64,000 nt of DNA from a virus (Duplodnaviria > Caudoviricetes), in IMG/VR virus record IMGVR_UViG_2731957577_000001, positions 32,001 to 96,000 of that record, one strand, 5' to 3'. Of the stretch, positions 21,601 through 30,893 are shown piece after piece; position 1 is the first letter of the stretch; each line of letters opens with the position of its first letter. The notes below the pieces were generated by a model. The model was not told where the DNA came from. It worked only from the letters and a program-made list of their open reading frames with translations, and ran no database searches. The position numbers were made by a program, and so were the translations under genes.

Positions 21601-23647
21601 GGCCCAGACCATCCTCAATCAAACCGAAGGTGTGAAAAATGCGGAACTGATGCTGGGTGATCCCTCAACGAAAGACCCAAGCGGATGGATTGCCCAAATC
21701 ATGGACGGTAATCTGTACACGAATGCCCCGTGTATTGGGAGCATCAATGACTATGTCGTGTTTGGGTTCGACGAGGATCTTCAGAATCGGCATTGTACGG
21801 TGGATGGAGATTGGGATCCGGAGGCGCATAAGAAGGACATCAGCGATACGGATCCGCCGGTTGATCCATACGACCCGAACAAAAACCCGGTCAGAAACTG
21901 CTTGTCCGTCGAAAAGGTGTGCTTCCAGTATTACAGTGACGTCACCAATGAATTAGAAATGGTCATTGTCCCGATGTCCTTAATGGTGAACTACACCTAC
22001 ACCCTTGAAACGAAAGCGGGGAACGTTGACCTACTGATTGGATGGTCGGAGTATTTCAAGGGCATTTCCCTCTATGTGAAGGATGCGACCGGAGATACCA
22101 ATGTCCAACTGACCGGTGTCGGCGTCATGTTCCGGGACTACTATGACAACATTAAGACCGCATGGGCCAACGGGACCTCGTATTGGACCCGCGGGGTCAA
22201 GCATACCGAGTACATGATCGGTGGACCCAAAGAGCTTGGGGACTTAACCTGGGTGGCCGAAGTGGAGAGCGGTGATTTTTCGAACGCACCTTGCATTGGG
22301 GCGCCCCATGACTTCGTGGTCATGCATTTCTACGACGTGTTTACGGGGAATGTTTGTCCGATCGATCCGTCCCAGAACACAGACTCCACCATTGGCATCG
22401 ATCCCAACAACCCACCCGATGTGCCAACGGTCAAATTGGATGCTCTGCTTCCTGACTGGTGTCAGTCCACGGACCTTCCGATCACCGGCACCATTACCGA
22501 CTGGCAAGGGGTCACAAGTTATGTCGTATCGGTCAATGGTGTGAAACAAACGCCGATCAGTGGTCAGGGCCAAGCCTCGGTACCGATCAATCTCACGATT
22601 CCAACCGGTGACTATGAACCTGGCGAGACTCTCACGATTACGGTAACAGCCACCAATATCAACGGAAAAACGGGGAGCGCGAGTGTCAGCACGGTGATTA
22701 AGGACTGCTCACCGCCGCCTCAGATTGCCTTTGACCCGATCTCTGATCCGGTCTGCTATCGGACATTGGGTGACAGCCACCAGTTGACGATCGCTGGAAC
22801 GATTACCGACGATACCGCCGTCTCGCGTTGGCAGGTCGTCTATGGAGATGCCGTCATCGCAGATACAACATTGACGCCGATGCCCAAGTCGACGAGGTTC
22901 TCGGTACCGGTGACGATTACCTTCCCAGAGCCTACGATCACGACGACGGCTGGCAAAGCCGACATTGTCTTCTTAATCGACTACACCGGCAGCATGAGTG
23001 GACCGATTCAGAGCATCCGAAGCAACCTGCAGGCGTTCTGCAACTCGTTGACGAGCAACAAGATCGACTTCCGACTAGCCGTTGTATTCTATGGGGACAT
23101 CACAGGCATTGGCGGCAATATGCCATATATTCGCCATGATTGGACCTCGGACGTGACCCAGTTCCTGAACAACCTAGCCGTCACTGTCTCTGGAGGAGGA
23201 GATACGCCGGAATCCACGCTGGATGCGATCATGGACGCCAGCCAGGGTGGTATGTCCTTCTTACCCAGCGTACGAAGTGATGCTGTGCCGTTCTTTATTG
23301 TCGTGACGGACGCGCCGACACACGCCAAAGGGTACGATTCCCTGAGCATTTATGACCCTGACCAGGTAGCCAATACACTCAAGGATCAAGGGGTTGTGGC
23401 CTCGTTTGTCACCCAACTTACCGACCCCATCAAGACCCAATATAACCCGATTGTCTCTGAAACCGGAGGCCAGTTCTTCGACATCAGCTCGGGCACTTTT
23501 GGTGTTCAGATGCAGGCACTCACGAATCAGATCACCAAGCAATCCCTCTACTATCCAGACAGCACGGCGACCATTACCGTGAACGCTTGGGATGAGAAGA
23601 ACACGATGGCGACAAGTTCCATCACCGTAAACCTCAAGACCTGCTAG
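18695..23647 (+). CDS. Virion appendage protein, paralog 2 (1650 aa): Gly/Ser linker, Ig-like domains, duplicated Cys-containing domain, C-terminal vWA domain
   Basis: DIVFLIDYTGSMS (MIDAS-like), GGGDTPES and TDAP vWA motifs; N-terminal motif shared with neighbours. Confidence 0.7.
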   Translation: MPLTQPLQNDSQMLYLQAKYQFEKAQQAFQDGTIKTEKGLIQAVFKAFQDFFLSLGKPMLTPRYAVDGGPPISDDYNQMMQEILQDLTLLYQEVDILGRGLYTDFNYNQVQAGQLKAKFDEVSDKLKDLELLSGTSADDATIVQFRENFTNSNDIDFDRIMTEPATIENGTVTLKAVNTENLSPNATVTIVVGDETYTNFIIGSDSNGFPGNNAEVTVQPGSSLTGTDNQYTFLGEKDNHGNYGAVLDGNSNTWFEYELNNLRDQEAIRVAKNLGWDYQVSGNQTIRWARDPDNGALRLHLQIVLDEVTQINHININMYTPPNYGAQPAIVKNILVSDGVSAPQSVLSPDKKDTDYSFYFAPIKAKTISILFEQPTKYYTDLGHIYYRKKDSNQDTVQYAITQGGQPPQDMIQRVDGPLISIEDLGVTVTDTGASVSTYYPMKGPESNGYSIGDILTDLTRRVQEEDIDIGVERFEGYRYCIGIRDIEIYSFQYEQQGEIVSKPYYFEQPLQKVALSVDEVLPDAFGEDADSYLQYFISIDDGATWYPITPLERSITGVTGGEEGPPPKIYTIEQVDSPDQSITKPGYIETQYPVYSLRVRCLLSRPGDAASSNSVQQFGDGSDDLTFATPILKGYTVKGYIQGQVSDSAASHLIAQAPDQVDPYPSDDDTPFFPSGSDNNNGGSDTGGGAGGTGGTGGVGGIGGTGDTGDTGGPGTGGSGGSGSTGDSGGSGGSGGDTGGNTGNNGDSGSGGSDGSGGSGGSGSSGSGEDTENPTLRVVIDNKNEQQCIEDPLTVSGTVETSKPLDKIVLIINGSVEQTNDNPDSGTEVPFQFQFPLDDFSAGDSIAVEVKAFDNVGNTAEDDYVLTLEDCSQDGGQQVRDCLLYSALVIHYFNPVTGSIEVANVPMSWLPYEIDNGAGVKATFAFNQSLNGIVAMITDGYDTTGYAFPLWAVGVEYLDEYNDQKTSWAQTILNQTEGVKNAELMLGDPSTKDPSGWIAQIMDGNLYTNAPCIGSINDYVVFGFDEDLQNRHCTVDGDWDPEAHKKDISDTDPPVDPYDPNKNPVRNCLSVEKVCFQYYSDVTNELEMVIVPMSLMVNYTYTLETKAGNVDLLIGWSEYFKGISLYVKDATGDTNVQLTGVGVMFRDYYDNIKTAWANGTSYWTRGVKHTEYMIGGPKELGDLTWVAEVESGDFSNAPCIGAPHDFVVMHFYDVFTGNVCPIDPSQNTDSTIGIDPNNPPDVPTVKLDALLPDWCQSTDLPITGTITDWQGVTSYVVSVNGVKQTPISGQGQASVPINLTIPTGDYEPGETLTITVTATNINGKTGSASVSTVIKDCSPPPQIAFDPISDPVCYRTLGDSHQLTIAGTITDDTAVSRWQVVYGDAVIADTTLTPMPKSTRFSVPVTITFPEPTITTTAGKADIVFLIDYTGSMSGPIQSIRSNLQAFCNSLTSNKIDFRLAVVFYGDITGIGGNMPYIRHDWTSDVTQFLNNLAVTVSGGGDTPESTLDAIMDASQGGMSFLPSVRSDAVPFFIVVTDAPTHAKGYDSLSIYDPDQVANTLKDQGVVASFVTQLTDPIKTQYNPIVSETGGQFFDISSGTFGVQMQALTNQITKQSLYYPDSTATITVNAWDEKNTMATSSITVNLKTC
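20740..21000 (+). repeat. Low-complexity Gly/Ser/Thr/Asp linker coding region
   Basis: GGAGGTGGTGGVGGIGGTGDTGDTGGPGTGGSGGSGS... in the 1650-aa protein. Confidence 0.9.
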
Positions 23648-23659
23648 GGGTGGACGTGC

Positions 23660-25735
23660 ATGAACATCAAACAAATTCAAATACGCCGGGCCGTGGAGCA
23701 GATCGTCCGGTACTACCTGAAATACGGCCGGTATCCCACGTTCCAGACGATTACGTACCAACTGAGCCAATGGCTCCGGGACCATACCCCTGGGGCCCCG
23801 AGTTTCTCGCCGTACAAGGTGTTACGCAAGAGCCGGTCCGATGCCAATTTGTTCAATGAAAACATCGCTCAGATTGCCCAAGACCTCAGTGATGCCTACG
23901 CGGCGACGATTGACCAAACCACCAGCCTCATGACCAGCTTCAATTACATGGAGGCCGAGCGAAGAAAGCTCTGGCATGCGCTGGCTGAGCTGCAAAACGA
24001 GATTGAACAACTCATGCTGGTGGCTACAAACTCAAGTGGGTATGTCGACAGCCAAATCATCAGCTTCGAGGACATGTCTGATGTCGATAAGACCCGAAGC
24101 ACAGTCTTCATCGATCTCAATACCGGCCAAGTCACCTTGCCGCCGAATGACCGCAGCTCCGAGAAGATCAATATCCAAGGATCCAATACGACCTTCAATG
24201 TACTGACCCAAGCAGCCAAGACAGCGGCACTGGATACCATCAACAACGCCTTTGATGACAACGCCAATACGGCCTGGTGGCAGGTCGTCAAGATGCTGTC
24301 CCCAGGCGTCGTCAATGCCGAACTCATCGTCATGTTTGACCAACAGTACGTGATCAATCAGATCGACTACGTGAACCATGCCAACAGCCCCGTGACGATG
24401 CATGTGTCCTACACGGAAGATGGAACGAGCTTTAGTCCCATCCCGGGGGACAACCAGCAAGTTGTGTCGGATGCGGCGACATGGAAGTTCTCGGACGTGC
24501 CCGCCAAGGGAATCCGTTTTACGTACACGAAACAGACGCATGATGACAACTCGGCCGGCGTGTATCAATACTACTTCGGCGCCAAGAACATCTCGGTCTA
24601 CCGCAAGAGCTATCTGACAAGCGGTGTGCTGATCAGCAATCCCGTCCAGATGGAAGAGCTGCATGTATCGGGTGTCTCCATCAAGACCACAGATACCATT
24701 CCCTACAGCACCTCGATTGATTACGCGGTCGCCTTGTACGATCCGGATCAAAGTGTCGATGACGCCGTTTGGTACCCGATTAGTTCTCTCGATGACACGA
24801 ACCCGAAGTACCCAAAGGTCGTTCAGTTCAATGCCTCGACCACGAAGACCGTGGAGTTCCCAAAAGCAGAACCAACCACCGAAGTGATCAACGGGATGCC
24901 TGTGTTTCGACTGATTCGGGAGGACGGAGAGCCGGTACTGCCGGATGAAGATACGTTTGACAACATCAAAAACCCCAAGCTATTCCGTGGCATCAACCAG
25001 TGGAAACGTGAGCAGACCTATGTCCCGTTTACGGGCAACGTGCCTCTCAATAGCGCATGGGATGACATCTACACCAATCGGCCGAGTCTTGTGACCACCG
25101 ACTATTGGCCCATTGGAAATACCTTGAGTCTGCAACGGGTCAATGGCGGCGACAAAAACAACTTCTATCGGTTCACGACCTGTATCTATTCAGAGACGGA
25201 CCGGACAGTCCCCATGAGTCTTTCCGTGATTCAAACCGATGCGACCACTGGGATGAAAAAGCGCCTTGGCACGTTTGCCGTGTACGTCAATAATCAGCGG
25301 ATGGTCGCTTCGAACGACCAGGTGACCTTGCCACTTCAGGCTGGATGGAACCAGATTCAGATCCTGTATCACTGGGGCGACATGGCGAATCGCACCGACA
25401 TGGATCCCGCGAATCTTCCAACCACAACCTACCTGGGGATGTTCAATTTTTCAGCGGAGCCGAAAGTCCGGGCGGAGCTGGACAGCCTGACATTTGTCGA
25501 TGTGCATACGCTCTATCACAACATTTCGCCCAACGATCATGGCTACTGCGCCATCTACGATAACCAGATCGTCCTGAATTACCAGCCCAAGGACTGCATC
25601 TTTCAGCTGGTCTATGACGTGTCGTCGAACGACAACCCAACGAATCAAATCCTCGTCAAGGCGACTCTGTCTCGAGAAGCCGATACCGATGGTTTGACGC
25701 CGATAATTTCCAAGATTGAAGTCCGTGCCATGTGA
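23660..25735 (+). CDS. Virion appendage protein, paralog 3
   Basis: APSFSP...FNENIAQIAQDL motif; NAFDDNANTAWW discoidin-like motif. Confidence 0.6.
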   Translation: MNIKQIQIRRAVEQIVRYYLKYGRYPTFQTITYQLSQWLRDHTPGAPSFSPYKVLRKSRSDANLFNENIAQIAQDLSDAYAATIDQTTSLMTSFNYMEAERRKLWHALAELQNEIEQLMLVATNSSGYVDSQIISFEDMSDVDKTRSTVFIDLNTGQVTLPPNDRSSEKINIQGSNTTFNVLTQAAKTAALDTINNAFDDNANTAWWQVVKMLSPGVVNAELIVMFDQQYVINQIDYVNHANSPVTMHVSYTEDGTSFSPIPGDNQQVVSDAATWKFSDVPAKGIRFTYTKQTHDDNSAGVYQYYFGAKNISVYRKSYLTSGVLISNPVQMEELHVSGVSIKTTDTIPYSTSIDYAVALYDPDQSVDDAVWYPISSLDDTNPKYPKVVQFNASTTKTVEFPKAEPTTEVINGMPVFRLIREDGEPVLPDEDTFDNIKNPKLFRGINQWKREQTYVPFTGNVPLNSAWDDIYTNRPSLVTTDYWPIGNTLSLQRVNGGDKNNFYRFTTCIYSETDRTVPMSLSVIQTDATTGMKKRLGTFAVYVNNQRMVASNDQVTLPLQAGWNQIQILYHWGDMANRTDMDPANLPTTTYLGMFNFSAEPKVRAELDSLTFVDVHTLYHNISPNDHGYCAIYDNQIVLNYQPKDCIFQLVYDVSSNDNPTNQILVKATLSREADTDGLTPIISKIEVRAM

Positions 25736-25745
25736 GGTGATACCC

Positions 25746-27500
25746 TTGGCGTCCATCCAAAACTTCGAGTTTTACCTCGACGCTCCTGGCGACAGCTTTC
25801 CCGTCGTGGTGAGCTTCGACGATGTGCAGGGCGGCCGCGGCTTTAGTTTGTCTGATGGGGAGATTTTTGCCCTGCAGTGGGACGATACCAACCGATTGTT
25901 ACGCATCATCAACTTTACCAACATGGGCAATTCCGGGGCCAAAATGGGTTCGATCCTCGGCATTTGTGCGGTCTATGACGATAATGTGCGTTGCTGGGTC
26001 GATCGTATCACCGATCAATCTCCGAATGCTGTCAATCTGAATCTGGCCGTAGGAAACTGGGTCTTTGGCAAAACTTATGATCAAGCCGTCAGTGTACCGG
26101 GGTACCAAAAGCCGTACATTGGGTATGTGAATGATTCTGTCCAGGTCCACATCGAATCGTATTCGCCGCCGCCGGAGCCCATGAGCGTGACCCTGGATCA
26201 AGACTATGTCACGAAATACTTGGGCGACACCCTGACGGTGAATGCGACCATTGTTTCCAGCGCGCCGGTCACGGATTACGAGTGGAACATCAACAACCAG
26301 ATCGATGTCTTGTCCAAGGATCAAAATCAGGCCACGTTGAAATTCAACGTGCTGGGAACGTTTCAGATTGAGTACACAGCTACCAACCAGATCGGTCAAA
26401 CGGCGAGTGCTTCTTGTACGGTGGTCGTCGTTAATCCGCCGGCCAAAGTTCTTGATCTCTCGCTCTTCACAAAAACCAAAGATGGCACCGAAGTCCCGAT
26501 CGCGCCATCAATCACCTTGAACCAGTACGATATCGATCCAGCGAACATCCCGCTTTTGTTTCGAAACACCGGCGAGTCCACATGGGTGGGGGAAAACTTC
26601 AGCGTCGATGTGGGATCGATGGTGTTTCAGGATTCCTCCACACTCTGCGTCGATTCGCTGCCTAGAACCCCCAACAGTGACTATCAGCTGACTGGGGTCA
26701 TCACTCCGTTTGATCCGTCACGCGCCTATACGATTACGCTCAAGGCCACGGTGTTGGACGACCAGGGGAAGTCAGACACGAAGTTCTTTCAGATTCATTG
26801 GACGGCCCAGAGTGGTCCAGACATCAAGCTCAGTCTGGTTGGCCGGCCCAATGTGAACCTCAAGCTGCCGAACCGCATGAAGCGAAATGCCAGGTACCGG
26901 GGACCGAGGGAATCTGAGAAATACCTGTCTGACCATCAAGAAGAGATCTTTGAAATCCGCCAGAACTGGAGAGACATCGCCAGTCTGACGCAGCTTCAAG
27001 AGCAAACGATTCATTCATGGTTTGCGGGACAACATGAAGGAACATCAACCATCGTTACGTCTTCGGCAACAAAGACCTTGCAGACGACGCCAGATAAAGC
27101 ACGATATGCGCTGTTGCCCAAAGACAGCGAAGGAACGATTGATTATGCCGTGGTATCATTAAATGGAACATCCATTCCATTAGCTACGCCCTTGCAATCC
27201 AACTTCTCCGCTGGTGCGAGCATCACCGTCGGCGATCCCGTTTCCACAGAAGTTCCGATCACGATCACCCCGCAAAATGTTCTTGCCGACGATGGATTTA
27301 TCATCGACGGAGACGCCATCGTACTCGGGCGTCATGTCTTACAAGAAGGAACTCTGTCCGTCACGTATACCGCTACAGGTCCCATACAAGCGGACAGTGT
27401 CTACGGCTTGGATGAACTCAAACTTCAGCTCCGAGAGTTGGACGAACGGCTTGGCGAACTGGAAAGGAGATATGCCTCCTATGAGAATGCCTACAAGTAA
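25746..27500 (+). CDS. Virion appendage protein, paralog 4 (PKD/Ig-like domains; shared motif located internally)
   Basis: GAGGTGA RBS then TTG 25746; RNARYRGPRESEKY matches GARFRGPTSSHEY of the next gene. Confidence 0.6.
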   Translation: MASIQNFEFYLDAPGDSFPVVVSFDDVQGGRGFSLSDGEIFALQWDDTNRLLRIINFTNMGNSGAKMGSILGICAVYDDNVRCWVDRITDQSPNAVNLNLAVGNWVFGKTYDQAVSVPGYQKPYIGYVNDSVQVHIESYSPPPEPMSVTLDQDYVTKYLGDTLTVNATIVSSAPVTDYEWNINNQIDVLSKDQNQATLKFNVLGTFQIEYTATNQIGQTASASCTVVVVNPPAKVLDLSLFTKTKDGTEVPIAPSITLNQYDIDPANIPLLFRNTGESTWVGENFSVDVGSMVFQDSSTLCVDSLPRTPNSDYQLTGVITPFDPSRAYTITLKATVLDDQGKSDTKFFQIHWTAQSGPDIKLSLVGRPNVNLKLPNRMKRNARYRGPRESEKYLSDHQEEIFEIRQNWRDIASLTQLQEQTIHSWFAGQHEGTSTIVTSSATKTLQTTPDKARYALLPKDSEGTIDYAVVSLNGTSIPLATPLQSNFSAGASITVGDPVSTEVPITITPQNVLADDGFIIDGDAIVLGRHVLQEGTLSVTYTATGPIQADSVYGLDELKLQLRELDERLGELERRYASYENAYK

Positions 27501-28725
27501 GCCAGGCGGGGCCCGATTCCGCGGTCCCACCTCGTCTCATGAATATAACCAGAACGAAGACGATAAGTATCTGGAACTGGTTGAGTTATACCAGCAAAGC
27601 AACAAGAATCTCCAGGATCTTCAGGAAGCACACCGCATTGTGGTGGCAGAAAATGCGGCACTGCAGGCGTACATCCAGATGTTAACCGATCGGATTGGCA
27701 CGCTGGAACAAAAGATCACGGATATGCAGGGTGCGCTTCCGTATCCGCCAACATTCTTTCAAACCTCCTTTGTGCAACAGATGGCGACCCACTATCCGAA
27801 CATCTCGCAGGATAACTCCGATAGCACCCTGAGAGCCGACATGGACACAGAATATCGATACGCTACACTGCCGATGATCGCACAGATCCCGAAGACGTAC
27901 GTCAAGAACGACCTCACGGGAGAGATCATTGTTCCCGATGAACTGCAAGTCAGTCTCGGCCGCTCCAATAGTGGCGGCACAGTGGTGGATACGAATGTCT
28001 ATGAAGCGTTCAACGGCAGCGACGATACCTTCTGGGAGCGGGTTGTCACCTATGATTTCTCGAGTTGTCCTGACCAGGAAGATGTCATCATGGAAATTAC
28101 GCTGCCCTCACACCTAGTCAACAATCTCAATATCAACACCATCGTCATCAATCCGCATCCGGAGCGTGGCGTTCAGGTCGCCAATGTCGAGTATCTTTAC
28201 GAGGACGCTTGGCAGCAGATTCCCGGCTTCCAGCAAAACGACCTCGCCACGATTAGCACCGCACTCTATTCTCCACGCAAGAAGTGGTACTTTCCACAGG
28301 TTCCGGTGCAAAAGATCCGGATCACCCTGGTACAAAAGACCCCGATTGACTTGGGTGGGAAAAAGGCATTCATCCTTGGCGCCCAGGAGATCGGTGTGTA
28401 TTTGACCTTATTCGAGCAGGGAGGTGGAATGGTCCTCACCCCGTTTGAGATGACGGGTCTGTACAACATCGAGTCGGTCGAGCATGTATTTCTCAACCGC
28501 GGCGCGTTCAGCTTTGACCAGAAACTCGACAATCAGCTTGAGGGCAACATCTTTGACTATGAAATCCTCAAAGAGGAGATCGATGGCACTCTGACACCAC
28601 TGAGTGGCCGAGAGTGGTCTGGCCAATTTGCACAGCGCCTTTGGGTCCGAACGATGCTGTATCCGGATCCGTATAACGGCGTCAATCCCTGTCTGACGGC
28701 CGTACGCCTCAATTATTCTCGATAG
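27481..28725 (+). CDS. Virion appendage protein, paralog 5
   Basis: AAAGGAG RBS at 27463-27469; ARFRGPTSSHEYN plus coiled coil; EAFNGSDDTFWE motif. Confidence 0.6.
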   Translation: MRMPTSKPGGARFRGPTSSHEYNQNEDDKYLELVELYQQSNKNLQDLQEAHRIVVAENAALQAYIQMLTDRIGTLEQKITDMQGALPYPPTFFQTSFVQQMATHYPNISQDNSDSTLRADMDTEYRYATLPMIAQIPKTYVKNDLTGEIIVPDELQVSLGRSNSGGTVVDTNVYEAFNGSDDTFWERVVTYDFSSCPDQEDVIMEITLPSHLVNNLNINTIVINPHPERGVQVANVEYLYEDAWQQIPGFQQNDLATISTALYSPRKKWYFPQVPVQKIRITLVQKTPIDLGGKKAFILGAQEIGVYLTLFEQGGGMVLTPFEMTGLYNIESVEHVFLNRGAFSFDQKLDNQLEGNIFDYEILKEEIDGTLTPLSGREWSGQFAQRLWVRTMLYPDPYNGVNPCLTAVRLNYSR

Positions 28726-28740
28726 AAGGGTGGGTGAACG

Positions 28741-29136
28741 ATGGATGAAGCAATCTTCACGCAGAAAGACCTAGAAGAGCTGCGTACCGAGCATAAGCAA
28801 ATGTCCCAGACGATCAGCGACATCATCGCGCGGCTCACCATTGTGGAAACCAATCATGCCTCGATGGCCGATGATGTGAAGGAACAAAAAGGCCTCATTT
28901 CGGAGATTCGCAAACAGCTTGACTCCCTCACGAACTCCTCCACGGAGACCAAGGTTCAGATCAATATGATCTTCAGCACCCTACACGAGATCAAACAATC
29001 GGTAGCCGCACTGCAACGGGACGGTCAAGACACCCGAGACAAACATCACTCTGCATGGACCGAGTTCCTCAAGCAAGTCATCTACTTTTTCATCATGGGT
29101 GGGATCACCCTGATGGCCTCGCACATGGCTCATTAA
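28741..29136 (+). CDS. XhlA-like holin/hemolysin (coiled coil plus C-terminal TM helix)
   Basis: Long heptad region then QVIYFFIMGGITLMA; located right after the structural module. Confidence 0.55.
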   Translation: MDEAIFTQKDLEELRTEHKQMSQTISDIIARLTIVETNHASMADDVKEQKGLISEIRKQLDSLTNSSTETKVQINMIFSTLHEIKQSVAALQRDGQDTRDKHHSAWTEFLKQVIYFFIMGGITLMASHMAH

Positions 29137-29154
29137 CCAAGGAAGGTGAGAATC

Positions 29155-29655
29155 ATGCCACGTTTTCTACAAGCTCTCATTGCCACGCCGGCATTTGTGC
29201 AGCTGGTCCTCGCATCGATCAAACTCGTCGAGTCTCCGAAGAATGGCCAAGCCAAGAAGAAAGCCGTTCTGGACATCGTGAGTGCCGTGTATGATGAACT
29301 CGCGGCCAACTTCCGAATCCGGTTCGGAAAGACCTTCGTGCTTCGGGTTGCCGACTTGGTCATTGAAATCGGCGTTCGCTTCTACAATCTCATTGGCGAG
29401 TTCAAGCACAACCACGACAACAAGGATGAAGCGACGAGCGATGATTCGGCATCACAAGCTCCAAAAGCTGAAGCTCCAAAAGACGCTAAAGCTCCAGCGG
29501 AACCGACCACCGCACCCGCGGCTCCTGCGACATCGCCTGAACCAGCAGCTCCGGCAGAACCGGCTGACCAACCCGCGAATCCGGCGGAAGGCAATGCCGA
29601 GCCCAGTGAAAATCAGTCGGTTGCAGCCAATCCCACTCAGCCCGTTTCTCAATAA
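29155..29655 (+). CDS. Holin-like protein with Pro/Ala-rich disordered tail
   Basis: Hydrophobic N-terminus; GQAKKKAV...IEIGV pattern reminiscent of LL-H-type holins; AAGGAAGGTG RBS. Confidence 0.45.
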   Translation: MPRFLQALIATPAFVQLVLASIKLVESPKNGQAKKKAVLDIVSAVYDELAANFRIRFGKTFVLRVADLVIEIGVRFYNLIGEFKHNHDNKDEATSDDSASQAPKAEAPKDAKAPAEPTTAPAAPATSPEPAAPAEPADQPANPAEGNAEPSENQSVAANPTQPVSQ

Positions 29656-29666
29656 GGCTTCATCAG

Positions 29667-29713
29667 AATCCCGAGATGATTCGTGTGTTTCCTGTGAATC
29701 TCTCGGGATTTTT
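29667..29713 (+). terminator. Intrinsic terminator ending the structural/lysis operon
   Basis: AATCCCGAGA..GATTC / GAATC..TCTCGGGATT stem then T run. Confidence 0.7.
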
Positions 29714-29724
29714 CATGTTTTCTG

Positions 29725-29773
29725 TTGAAGATGCAGATCAGACGTGTTAAAATCATATGTGTAATGCACTACA
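29725..29773 (+). promoter_or_regulatory. SigA promoter with operator at +1
   Basis: TTGAAG-17-TAAAAT with TG extension; TGTAATGCACTACA at 29760-29773; second promoter TTGCGC-17-TATAAT at 29783-29811. Confidence 0.75.
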
Positions 29774-29839
29774 ATATATTTGTTGCGCGCAACCCAGTGG
29801 GAGTCTATAATGGGTCTGCATTGAAGGAGGCATCATGAC

Positions 29840-30886
29840 ATGCGGCCTGTCATTGAAAAGTACCTGCCGGATCTCGAGCAGGTCAACAAGATCAAAGAGA
29901 AGCTGAAGGTCTGCAAAGATGAATGGCTAGAGACCAAGCCCGGCCCCAAGGGTAGCTACAGCCAATACATGGGCGTGAACACCGTCCGACAGATTCTTGA
30001 TTATGCCGTGGATGGCATCACGTATTGGGATTTTGGCGTGGACGCACAGTGGCGAGAGGAAATCTACAAGTACAACAAGCAAGGTAACTCATGGGAATTC
30101 GACGGCTATGTCTATCATGTCCGTGGGTATCTGTTTATCCCTGGGCTCGGTCATCGCGAACAGTATGGCTGCAAGATCGCGGTTGGGGGTAGGGACAATC
30201 AAGACTCTGCCTACAAGGCTGCCGCATCAAACCTGTTGGTGAAATGCGCGTCACTGTTTGGCGTGGGCGAGTCCATTTACTCCAAGATCAAGGTCGAACT
30301 CGACGACGAGCATCAATATGAGCAGATGCAACAGTCGGGTCAATATCAATTCGCACCGGATGGATACGGCCAACAATGGCAACAAGCCCAGCAACCCCAG
30401 CAGTGGCAGGGACAGACAAATTGGCAACCCCAACAAGGCTGGAATGCGCAAGCCCAGCAGTGGCAACAGCCCCAGTCGTCCGACCTGGCGCCGCAAGAGC
30501 AGTGGCAGATGCAACAACAGTTTGGCTCGGCCGCGGGATACCAAGCACAGCCTAATCCGCAACAGGCCCAGCCGCAGGCCCAAGCACAACCACAAGCACA
30601 GGCTCAGCAACAGCAATATCAGGCGCAACCGATGACGTCCTATGGAGCGCCGGCCAACGCGCAACAGGAGCAAACGCAGTCAGCCTCCAGTGCGATTCCG
30701 CAACAGTGGGACCCGAACGAGATTCAGCGAATCCACATGCACAAAGCGCGGTTAGGCATCCAAAACGATGAGCAGCTGTATCCGTACATTCGTGACTTTA
30801 TGCGGGACGAAAACGCGACGTTGGCCAACATCAATCCCGATAACCTAAAAGCCTTCAATGACTACTTGGATCAAATCGCGGTGTGA
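29840..30886 (+). CDS. Rad52/Rad22-family (Sak-like) single-strand annealing protein with Gln-rich low-complexity region
   Basis: YMGVNTVRQIL...W.F...DSAYKAAASNLLVKCASLFGVGESIY matches the Rad52-family pattern. Confidence 0.8.
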   Translation: MRPVIEKYLPDLEQVNKIKEKLKVCKDEWLETKPGPKGSYSQYMGVNTVRQILDYAVDGITYWDFGVDAQWREEIYKYNKQGNSWEFDGYVYHVRGYLFIPGLGHREQYGCKIAVGGRDNQDSAYKAAASNLLVKCASLFGVGESIYSKIKVELDDEHQYEQMQQSGQYQFAPDGYGQQWQQAQQPQQWQGQTNWQPQQGWNAQAQQWQQPQSSDLAPQEQWQMQQQFGSAAGYQAQPNPQQAQPQAQAQPQAQAQQQQYQAQPMTSYGAPANAQQEQTQSASSAIPQQWDPNEIQRIHMHKARLGIQNDEQLYPYIRDFMRDENATLANINPDNLKAFNDYLDQIAV

Positions 30887-30893
30887 CGAGACG

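Noticed and set aside
1070-28725. Diversity-generating retroelement acting on the lectin-rich genes
   Set aside because: No reverse transcriptase and no near-identical TR/VR pair noticed in the window
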